Assembly (NCBI RefSeq): GCF_000315625.1
Contig: NW_005434573.1
Coordinates: 154,408 to 218,407, forward strand
Length of the DNA: 64,000 bases
Reading direction: 5' to 3'
Source: Guillardia theta CCMP2712
Lineage: Eukaryota; Protista; Cryptophyta
A program made the translations under genes and the position numbers. The notes beneath the pieces are model-generated. The model was given only the letters and a program-made list of their open reading frames with translations, did no database searches and had not been told where the DNA came from. Below are positions 52,901-63,790 of the stretch, piece after piece (the stretch's first letter is position 1; each line of letters begins with the position of its first letter).

Positions 52901-55900
52901 TGAAAGCTTCCCGCTCGTACAGGCCGTACGCTCCCATGAGCAGTTCCTCCTCCTGCAGATACTGCTCGTTGAAGTCGAGGCTGAAGAACTCGATGCTCGT
53001 CTCGCAGTCGTTGTACACCCTCACCCTCTTCTCCGTCTCCATCACATGTGGATGGATCGGCTCAAGGTCGAGCGACGGAGGGTCGAAGCGGAGCCGCAGG
53101 CTGTCGCTCTGACCCAGGAGGCGGATTACGTGCTTGTTGGGGTTCTGCGCGACCTTGAGGGGAATCCTCGCGGAGTAGGAGCGAGCGACGCGAGGGTGGA
53201 ACACTACCTCAACGTTGCACGCCTCCCCGGGCGACAGCACCCCCTTGCTCGGTACAACCGTGAACTCCTGCGTGGGCTTGCTCGACCCTCCCTGCTCGGC
53301 CAGCATGGCTTGACCGAAGGACCAGGCGGCAGGAATCTCGCGAACGTTCTTGAGCTGAAGAGTGACGTGGCGGCTGTGGCCGAGGAAGACGTTGCCGAAC
53401 TTGAGGGAGTCCGAGGAGATGTGGACATCAGGGAGGGTCACGTTGGCCCGGAGGAGGATGGTGACCTTGGGTCCTGACTTGACGGCGACCGGGACGGCGA
53501 GGGAGATGAGGCCGGTGGTCATGCCGGGCCTCGCGGAGTTGAAAGTGACGGAGAAGTCGACGGACTCGAAGTCTGGAGCCCCGGGGAGGCGGTTGACCTT
53601 CTCGGGCTCGACGTGGAAGCCGAACTGAGTCATGGCGGAGCGAACGGACTTGGGGAACTCAAAGGAGACGAAGCAGAAGCCAACGTTGGTCACCCGGAAG
53701 TTCCGCTGCAGCTGCTGCCCGAGGATGACGTTGCCGAAGTCGCACAGGTACTCCGTTAGAGTGAAGTCCTGCGTGACTAGCAGCGAGCTGTCTCCGCTCG
53801 TCTCCTTGCCTGGGCCTGGGGGGGCAGAGGGGCCCGTGGCCGAGGAGGAGCGCATCAGGTCCGAGTCGCCCTGCGAGAGCGACTCTTTCACGCTGCCCTG
53901 AGCGTCTCTTCCTTCCTCCTGCTGCTGCTGGTCACTGAAGACCCTGCGCACCCGCCTGTTCTCGAGCTCTTCCTCCTTCTCAGCCACGACCTGCATGATA
54001 CACTCACGCATGTGGAGGCAGTCAGCTTCGGACTGCAGCTGTCGGATGAAGGGGTTGGTTGCCAGGAAGGTCTCCATCGACATGGTCAATGGGCGTGAGA
54101 CGCTCGTCTTCGATCGCGCGCCCATCGCATTGCCCTCGCTCATCTCCATCGTGTCGCTCGTCCCTACGCGCGTGACGTCTGCGGCGCCTCCCTCTGTCCT
54201 GCTCGTGTCGAGGCTCTCGAGCATCGAGGTACCCAGCAGCTTCTCAGCTTCCAGTAGCAGACGTGCGAACTTGTCGGCGTCTTGGCGGGGGAGGCTGAGG
54301 AGAACCTGGGGAAAGATGCCCTTGCCTGTGACGATGACGAGCTGAGGCTCGAAGTGCGCGATCTCGATGCTGAACGAGGACGTGATGACCGTCGGCACCC
54401 CCGGCGTGATCTCCAGCTGCACCTTCACCCTGTCCGACGGCTGCACGACGCCGCTCGAGGGCGTCGCCTTGATGCGGGTGGGAGGGGCGACCTGGTCGGA
54501 GCGGACCAAGAAGTCGAACTTGACCTTGCCGGTGTTGAAGATGGTGACTTCCTCTACCGCAGGCTTGTCGTAGATTGTGTTGCCGAACTCAAGGATCGTC
54601 TTGTCAAGCTTGTACTGGATCGACGAGGCCTCGCCCTCCAGCTTCAGCTCATACTCCGGGCCCCCCTGTACCTCACACACAGCGAGCGCCTTGTACTTGT
54701 GGTTGGCATGCCCGAAGAAGATGAACTCGATGTCTTCCGACTGGCCGGCGCGGAGGAAGCTGCGGATGGGAATGATGTCGAAGATGGCGTTGACGGGCAG
54801 GGGGCTTTCTTTCTGCGAGACCGTCATCACTGTGTTGGAGCTCCCTGGCCGCTTCTTGGGGTCGTTGATGTCGGAGACGAGGAATGACCAGCAGAACTTG
54901 GCGTCTATGAGCGACGTGTTGGAGCATCGCACCTTGACGCGCTTGGACGTGTCGTTTAGGATCGCGCCAAACTTGATCTCCGTCTTGTCGAACTTGATGT
55001 TCGGGAAATTGATCGAGCCCACCAGCTCCACCACTCCCTTCTTCGGGTGCTGCCCCGCGCTCGCGTGCTCGCTCTTGGGGTTCACGTTGGGCCCCATGTT
55101 GAAGGAGACGGCAATGGTCTGCTTCACTACCTCGGAGAGGCGGTCGCCCTTGTAGGAGGGGTCGAAGTTGACGAGGACGGGAGCTGACTGGCCGGGCTGG
55201 AGGTCAAGGTCCGAGGGCTCGATAAAGAAGGGGAGGCCGGAGCACTTGAGAGAGCACTCGAGAGGAAGACTGCAGACGTTGGTGATGGTCACGGATTGCG
55301 AGAGGTCTGAGCCTGCGGGGGTGTCGGGGGAGTAGAAGAAGTCGAAGGAGAGGGAGGGCTGGGAGAAGTCGCAGGCGGGGTCAATGAAGTCAGTGGTGAC
55401 GGTCAAGACGATGATGTCGCGTTGCTCCTTCTCCATCTTGCTCTTGCAGCTCAGCTTCTCCGTCACTCGCCCTGCTTTCTTGCTCATCCCGATGATCTCC
55501 ACCAGGGCGCTCGCCCCGGGCTCGAGCATGTAGGGCTCTCGGAGCCCGTTGATCTCCGCGTGGAAGAACTCTGGCACCGACAGCTCAGCGTCGTCCTTCT
55601 TCTTTCCCTTCTTGTTTGCATCGTTCTCCGCGTTCAGCGCCTTCAGCTTCGTCAGCGTCTCGTGGGCGCTCAGGTTGTACCATGACAGCGTCTGAGGTTT
55701 CGGCCCGTCGTTGGTGATCATGAAGGAGCGGCAGCAGGGTCGGCACGTGAACTGCTTGCCCATGTCGACCTCCGGCTGCTTCCCGAGCTCCAGCTCCTTC
55801 GCCCGGATGGTCGTCCCGATCCCCCTGGCTAGCAGCGGTACTTTGATTTCGCCTCCCTCCTTGACCACCAGGCACAGCTCGTCCTTCATGTGCTGCGTGT

Positions 55901-58355
55901 CGTCGAGGTTCGCTACCACCTTGATCGTTGTCGCCTCGCCGGGGCTGAGGGTGGCGGACGAGGCATCGACGCGGAAGCGACTGTTCCTCTTCATCACCAG
56001 CGCCCTGAACTCTGCGGGCACCAGCGAGTCATTCTTGACCTTCACCGTCTTCTCCGAGTCCTTGAGCACGTCGATGTCGCCCCAGTTCAGCTTCGTGGGC
56101 GTCAGCGTGAGCCGCGGGCCGATGCCCCTGGCGATGCACTGAACCTCGAGGGGGTGCTCCTCCTTCCCGACAACGACGAAGAACATGGGCAGCTGAACCT
56201 TGTCGAGCCTCTCGGTGGTGAAGGAGACGGTGAGGACTCGCTGGCTGTAGGGTTCGATGGTCCCCTTGCTGTAGTCAAGCTCGTAGCGAGCAACGCACTT
56301 GGAGATCTCGTCCTGCTGCTGCAGCTCGAATTTGGCGGGGAGGTCGGAGTGGTTGACGAATTCGATCATCTTCTTGTAGGGGTAGCGCAGGAAGCATTCG
56401 CCGAAGTCAAGCTCTGCGTTGGAAACCGTGACGTCGGGGACGATCGAGAGACCTTTGAGCTTGATCGCCGCGAGCTCCTCTCCCACTCCCTCGATGTCCA
56501 CCACCAGGTCCAGGTTGTAGTCTCGAGCCCCCAGAGGCATGAGGTCCACCTGGATCTTCTGCTTCCCGTGCGGGAGGATGGTGCCTGTCTCGGGTATCAT
56601 CTCAAACTCGCGCTTGAGGAGGGTTCCGTCCCCAGGGACTCGCACGAGGAAGTTGAAGGGGATGTCGGAGGTGTTGAAGAGGTGGAAGCTCCTCGAGGTC
56701 ACGAAGGCGACTGAGCAGCGGCTGAAGTTCAGCAGCTCCTCGTCCACGTGGAACGTCGGCCCGATAACTTTGCCGCGCATGGAGAGATGGAGGGGGAGGG
56801 GGGTGCCATAGAGCGACCAGCTGAAGTCTTCGCTGAACTCTCCCAGGATGTCCGAGGAGAAGAGAACCCTGATCTCCGCCTTCTGCCCGACGCCCAGGAC
56901 GCCCTTGGAGGGCTCGAAGGTGAACTTAGAGCCGAAGACGGAGTCGCAGGGAAGGAGCTCGAAGTAAGCCTCGATCTCCCCCTGGTTCACAAGCTGGAGG
57001 TCGTACTCGCTGACCGAGTTGATGAACACCTCCCCGATGTCCATCACGTTGTAGGAGAGGCTGACCTTGGGCCCGATGCCTCTTCCTTGAAACTGAATCT
57101 GCAGGCGATTCTCTTTCCCCGCGATGTCGCAGAAGGCGACGGAAGAGACCTCAGTCGCTGAGGAGGGCGTGAACGTAACGGTACACTCGAGCTCTGAGTT
57201 TGCCCAGACCTTGCCATGCAGCGGCTCGATGGCGAACGAGTCGTCTTCGAACAACATCCTCTTGTTGTCCAGGACCGCTGAGTCCGTGCTCAAGTCTCCC
57301 ACTGTCCATCCGTTCTCCTCGTGGTGCCTCGCCTTTGCCTCCTCGTACGCACTCGCAAACCGTTTGAAGCAGAACTCAACCGTCTCGTCACTCCGGTTGA
57401 GAATCCTGAACTTCTTCTGCGAGAAGAGGGAGACGTAGGTCGGGGCCATCAGCACCGCGTGCGAGTCAAGCCGCACGGCGATCTCCTCCGCCTCCGCTCG
57501 AGCACGAATCAGCACAGTCTCCCCGCTAGTATACCTCACGTGAATTTCACCATGAACGTCTCCGTTCCTCGTCGGCGTGACGAAGAACGTGATCTGCAGG
57601 CTCTGACCCGCGTCCACGATCGCTTGAGGAGGCTCGGCTCGAAAGGGCTCTGAGCAGGAGAGGGAGAAGGTGCATGAAACCTCCCCTATGTTGCGCACTA
57701 GGATAGTCTTGCTCCCTTCTGCCTTGACTGGAACTCCCTCGAAGACGATCTCGTCAGGAAAGTCTAGCCAGCCGCGCATGCCGTACGCCCTCACAGGGAT
57801 GACGAACTTCTCACGCTCAGTGCAGCAGACGAGGTCGCAGAAGTAGTCGATTCTCTCTTCTGGGGTGAAGACCAATGTGTATTGCACATCCATGCCTGGA
57901 GCTATCTTGCTGGCAGCAAGCTTGTCGGAGAGTTCGACGTCGAAGAAGTGACTCTCAGGGCGAAGGATCTTCACTCTCCTCGCAACGTCGTCGTTGTTTC
58001 TGAGGCTGATGGATACCTTGATGACGTCCAGCGCCTCAAACTGGCGGATAACAACTGATGAGGGAGACGCTTGGAAGATTGGCTCGTCCACGGGGACGAT
58101 GGATTTGACTTGATGGGTGTAGTCAGACATGTTGAGCAGCTCTATGATGGGAGGAACGTCAGTCTTCCCGCTAATCGCCACTGAGTTCATCTGCATCAGT
58201 TGACTTGTGGTCATGATGCCCTCTTGTGCCAACTCTCCTGACATGCCGCCTGTGCGGGTCTTGGCATACTTTCCGCCAGGGTTCGAGGGAACAGTCACTA
58301 CATTCTTACTGTCAAGCGTTCCGCCCAGTGAAACCTTTGATTGCTTTCGAGACAT
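43953..58355 (-). CDS. HYDIN: Hydrocephalus-inducing protein homolog (axonemal central pair), ~4,700 aa
   Basis: Four long ORFs (1900, 1359, 880, 573 aa) of repeated ASH/PapD-like Ig domains; TEREKFVIPV; GGPEYELKLEGEAS; C-terminal PPWVYYLK. Introns at about 52664-52517, 48439-48355 and 45778-45666. Confidence 0.95.
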
Positions 58356-59975
58356 TGCTCTGGCGAGGAAGGACAGGAAACGATGTGTAGCTCAACGGTT
58401 GGAAGAAAGAACCAAGAGCTTACGTGGTTGTGAGCTGCTTCCTTGGAATATGCAACGAAGTAGACGAGGAGAGAGCAGCTGGACGAAGAGGTCAGTCCAG
58501 CAAGCAGATGTCAAGTGAGAAGGGACAGGCTGGCGTGAATTGTTTTTGATGTGCACGGGACGAGTGAGTGACGATGAGAGGAGGCAGGCAATGAAGGAGG
58601 ATCGGGGAACGAGAAGGCAGCAGGTCCAGGAGGTGAGAGGAAGATGAACTCAGCATGCGACCAACAGCAGCATGTGCGACATGCCTCACCTCTCCACTTC
58701 TCCCCTCGCGCCATCGCCTTCCGTTGGACTTGCAGTAACTGCCAACGTAACGCCAATACTAGTCACTGAGTGGCAATGACCGGGCCGGGGCCCGGCCGGG
58801 CCCCGCGGCAGGCCGGTCGGAGGCCGCGCCCGGCCGCGCACTGCCGCACCGCCGGGCACGGCCCAGTCAGCGGCTCGGACTCGGAGGGGCCGCGGGGCAT
58901 ATCATCGCAACGTACAACACTATCCAATGCACACCCACAGGGCCACCCGGCCGCCGTCACAGACAAGCAGGGAGAGTCAAGCAACAGTCACAGTGCCGCT
59001 AGGAGGGGTAACGGTTGAAGCAGCAGGGGGTGAGTTTTACTCGCACAAGGTAAAAAGTGCGAGTCAAGCAAAACAAACGGCAGCAGGAGGGGACTGCGTC
59101 CGAGATGAATCCCGGGCCCTTAGACACGACACGATACCCGGAGGCATCCGGCAGACAGGCTCGGAGCACTGTCAGACGAGACCGTACGTCCGCTCAGTGA
59201 CGGTGCCACCGCCGCAAAGCTGGCGGCCGCGGACGGAGAAAGGGCAGCCGCCGACAAGGAGCCCGGGCGCTGCCCGGGGGTCCGCTCGAGCCTGTAACCG
59301 TGGACGCATCCAGTCCTCCAGGAGTCATGGTTACTTTTGGTCTTGTTTGTTTTTTGTGCCACCGTTTTTGTGCAGCTTAGCTTGTTCCTGCTGCCACAAA
59401 GCTGGCGGCCGCGGACGGAGAAAGGGCAGCCGCCGACAAGGAGCCGGCGTCTGCCCGGGGGTCCCGGCCCCCGGCCGCCTGGGGCGGCAGCCTGAGCGGA
59501 CGGAGGGAGGCTGGACACAGGAACACGGTACCGCTCGAGGTAGTCCTCCTCCGAGGCTAGCCTCCGAGTCAGCGGTAGCCGAGACCAACACCGCCCGTGA
59601 CGGCGGCGACGCCGCGGCAATGCGGCCAAGGACCGGCGGGACCCGACCGATGCCGGGGAGGAAGCAGGCGAGCTCGGACCAGCAGCAAGCACCCCAGTGG
59701 TGTCGAGCTTTCCGGAGGCATCCGCGCGTGACGTCACAGTGAGGGACGGAGACGCCTCGCGAAGGCTCCTCCTCGGGCGACTGGACAAAGTCCGAGGAGG
59801 AGCTGTCCTCTGGCTCGAGAAGTGCCCGGCATCGCCAGACCCGGCATCGCCAGCCGTGTTGCCAACCCCACAGTGCTGGTGAGTTTGGATGCAAAGAACG
59901 CCTTCAACTCCCTCGACCGCCAGGCTCTCTTCGATGCAATCGAGGGACGTGCAAGTCGCGACTACTTTGATCTAA

Positions 59976-62900
59976 TAGGATTTACTGGCAGAAGGTAAAA
60001 AGTGCCTCAAGCAAAACAAAGCAGGAACAAGCTAAACCGGCATGTACACAGTTTGATGGGAGCATCACTGAAGGCGCAAGCTTGCCCTCTTGCGAGCATC
60101 TCCGTTTGTTCGCCTCCTACCTCTCCAGCTACTATGGAGACTCTGCTGACCTTCGACTCTTTCACAAAAGTCAGTCAGCCTCCGTNNNNNNNNNNNNNNN
60201 NNNNNNNNNNNNNNNNNNNNNNNNNNNNNNNNNNNNNNNNNNNNNNNNNNNNNNNNNNNNNNNNNNNNNNNNNNNNNNNNNNNNNTCGGTTCAGTGTACC
60301 TCGGGCGTCTGTCAGGGCGATGTCCCCTGTGTGTGTTTGTGCAGCTTCTCGCTGTGCGCTGTGTGCCTGGAGGTTTAGCTTGTTCCTGCTTTGTTTTGCT
60401 TGAGGCACTTTTTACCCTCTGCCAGTAAATCCGTAGCACTGCCTCCAGCGTATTTTTCTGCCACAGAGACAATGGATTTACTGGCAGAAGGTTGAAAAAG
60501 TGCCTCAAGCAAAACAAAGCAGGAACAAGCTAAAACCCCCTGCTCCTCCATATCGCAGAGCTTTTTCCCTCTGTTCGAGTCTTGGCCTATGCTGACAACG
60601 TCGTACTTGTCGGTCCACTCGAGGATGCCGTTGCAGCTACGTCCGCTATGAAGAAGTACATGTTGGCTGATCTGAAGCTAGAGATTCAACCTCGCGAGTC
60701 GAAAGTTTACATCCCCTCCTGGCATCAAAACCCTGATCTCTCGCAGCTGAAGAAGAGCCTTAAGCGCCGTCTCAAGACTCAGCTTCTTCACTTCGAGGTC
60801 GTCACTGGCGGGGATTACACTTGGAGGCCTGCCTATCGGCATGGATGGATTTACTGCTAGTCAGCTCCGAGCGAAGGTTTCTACCCTCAACGAAGAGCTC
60901 TCGAAGCTCGGGCTCGTCCAGCATGGCTTCATGTTCAAGACGCTGGTGAGGGCGAGCCATCTCCAGAAGCTGCGTTGGTTCAGCTTGTTCCTGCTTTGTT
61001 TTGCTTGAGGCACTTTTTACCTTCTGCCAGTAAATCCTATAGCCGCTTCTTCCTCCAGGGGTCATCTCCGTTTCTCCCGCGGGTCCAGTCACAGATTCGT
61101 CGCTTTGACCTCTCTGTCCACCTGGCGCTTGAGAAATACCACCGCTGGCCTTCCTCGCACCTCTCTGCGAGAGTTTGCGAGGTTCAAGCGGGAGCTTCCG
61201 CATAGTCGGGGAGGGGACGAGTTTACGCCCTCTGAGGGTCTACACCCCGCTGTTTACTATACGGCTATCGCTCGCTTCCTCGCTTGGTACTCTGACCAGC
61301 CCATGTCACGGACGCTGCCCTCTCCTCATAGCCTGGACGTTCACTGCTCGAGATCTCTCCGTGCCCAGAAGCATCCTCTGGCGAGCTTGTTCCTGCTTTG
61401 TTTTGCTTGAGCACTTTTACCTTCTGCCAGTAAATCCTATACGGGGCGATATAGGATTTACTGGCAGAGGGAAAAGTGCCTCAAGCAAAACAAAGCAGGA
61501 ACAAGCTGAACCGGCAGGTACACAGTCCACGGGGGCACTTTTTACCTTCTGCCAGTAAATCCTATACTTAGTATAGGATTTACTGGCAGAAGGTAAAAAG
61601 TGCCTCAGTATAGGATTTACTGGCAGAAGGTAAAAAGTGCCTCAAGCAAACAAAGCAGGAACAAGCTAAACCTCCTGGCACACAGCGCACAGCGAGAAGC
61701 TGCACAAACACACACAAAAGAACCAGCACTGCTGGCAACCAGACGCGGCATCGCCAGCCCAAGCGCGAAGCCGCGCAGACAAGCAGCCTTCTTCTTCGTT
61801 GAGGCGCACGACTTCGTGAGTCTTCGCCGGAGGTCTCCGACTCCGATGGGGGAAACACGTCGAGTGGCCCCGACGATCGGCGCGGAGCTGGCGAGGCGGC
61901 TCCGTCCCTCACTGTGACGTCGGGTGCCTCCGGAGAGCTCGACACCACTGGGGTGCTTGCTGCTGGTCCGAGCTCGCCTGCTCGGCATCGGTCGGGTCAC
62001 GCCGCGATATATTCACGCCGGTCCTTGGGCATTGCTGCGGCGTCGCCGCCGTCACGGGCGGCTACCGCTGACTTGGCTACCCGCTGACTCGGAGGCTAGC
62101 GAGGAGGACTACGACGGCAGGTACCCTCCCATCCTCATGGCCGCAAGATGAAGGGCGATATCCACATCCCTGGAATCCGCGATCGAGGGTCTGAGCAGTA
62201 CGAGGGCTTGATGGCGGACGTGACGTTGGTACATTGGTAGCTCTGCCGACCTGACCAAGTGGGGGGAGGTCAACCTCGACGCCCTCCATGTTGCAGCGTC
62301 TGAGAAGATTCGCAAACATCGCGCTGCATATGCCATGACTACTCCTCCTCGAGCGTTCATCCCTCTTGCCATCTCGACGGACGGTACCCGCTGCATATAC
62401 TACTCCTCCTCCTCGAGCGTTCATCCCTCTTGCCATCTCGACGGACGGTACCCTGCATCCTGACACCCTCCGCTTCATCTGGTATAGGATTTACTGACAG
62501 AAAGTAAAAAGTGCCTCAAGCAAAACAAAGCAGGAACAAGCTGAACCGGCAGGTACACATCTGGTATCTCGCGGACATCATTGCTCAGCGCTCGATGCCT
62601 CTTGAGGATGCGGCGTTTGGTCGGCACTTCGTGCCTGATGACGGCCCTGCTGCTGAGGTCCTGGCTCGCAAACGCGCCGCCACCTATCAGCGCCTCACTA
62701 TGCAGCTGACGCTGGAGTCGCTCTTGTCTGGTGCGAGGCGCATGACGCCCTTGCGGGCGCAAGCACTTCTCGAGCCAGAGGACAGCTCCTTTGTCGAGTC
62801 GCCCGAGGGGGAGTCTTCGCCGGAGGTCTCCAACTCCGATGGGGGAAACACGTCGAGTGGCGCCGACGATCGGCGCGGAGCTGGCGAGGCGGCTCCGTCC

Positions 62901-63790
62901 CTCACTGTGACGTCGGGTGCCTCCGGAGAGCTCGACACCACTGGGGTGCTTGCTGCTGGTCCGAGCTCGCCTGCTTCCTCCCCGGCAGCGTCTGAGAAGA
63001 TTCGCAAACATCGCGCTGCATATGCCATGACTACTCCTCCTCGAGCGTTCATCCCTCTTGCCATCTCGACGGACGGTACCCTGCATCCTGACACCCTCCG
63101 CTTCATCTGGTATCTCGCGGACATCATTGCTCAGCGCTCAATGCCTCTAAATCCTATCCCTCTTGAGGATGCGGCGTTTGGTCGGCATCTTGAGGGATTT
63201 ACTGGCAGAAGGTAAAAAGTGCCTCAAGCAAAACAAAGCAGGAACAAGCTGCACTTCGTGCCTGATGACGGACCTGCTGCTGAGGTCTTGGCTCGCAAAC
63301 GCGCCGCCACCTATCAGCGCCTCACCATGCAGCTGACGCTGGAAGCGCTCTTGTCTGGTGCGAGGCGCATGACGCCCTTGCGGGCGCAAGCACTTCTCGA
63401 GCCAGAGGACAGCTCCTCCTCGGACTTTGTCGAGTCGCCCGAGGAGTCTTCGCCGGAGGTCTCCAACTCCGATGGGGGACATAGGATTTACTGGCAGAAT
63501 GTAAAAAGTGCCTCAAGCAAAATAAAGCAGGAACAAGCTAAACCTCCAGGCACACAGCGCACAGCGAGAAGCTGCACAATCACACACAAAACACAAGCCC
63601 GAGAAGAACCAGCACTGCTGGCACCCAGACGCGGCATCGCCAGCCCAAGCGCGAAGCCGCGCAGACAAGCAGCCTAAGGGTCAGGCAATCAAGCAACAAG
63701 CAGCAGGAGCATGCAGGAGGAAGAAAATCCCTTAGACGCGATACCCGGAGGCAGCCGACTGACCACTGTCAGTCGAGATGTCCGCTGCCG
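59976..63790. repeat. Dispersed ~58-bp repeat, equal to the element 3' terminus (sense AGCTTGTTCCTGCTTTGTTTTGCTTGAGGCACTTTTTACCTTCTGCCAGTAAATCCTA), in both orientations
   Basis: Copies near 59976, 60377, 60474, 60982, 61384, 61452, 61534, 61574, 61610, 62485, 63149 (10 nt), 63195 and 63482. Further copies at 59035 (variant), 59379 (partial) and 63991 (partial). Confidence 0.95.
60186..60285. other. Assembly gap (100 N)
   Basis: Run of n. Confidence 1.

Noticed and set aside
44889-57653. Numerous long plus-strand ORFs over HYDIN (and over the NRPS at 26365-29992)
   Set aside because: Antisense shadows caused by strong GC3 codon bias.
59976-60033. 58-bp repeat as a spliced-leader or snRNA gene targeted by a CRE element
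   Set aside because: The longest copy is continuous with the element's own stop codon and 3' UTR, so it is the element terminus rather than a host target. An Rfam search was not possible.
60847-60856. GGATTTACTG as another micro-insertion
   Set aside because: It reads in frame as part of LPIGMDGFTASQ in the RT thumb region with no convincing TSD, so it is probably coincidental.
59976-63540. CRISPR array
   Set aside because: The repeats vary in length and orientation, the spacers are contiguous parts of one RT ORF with TSDs, there are no cas genes, and the context is eukaryotic.
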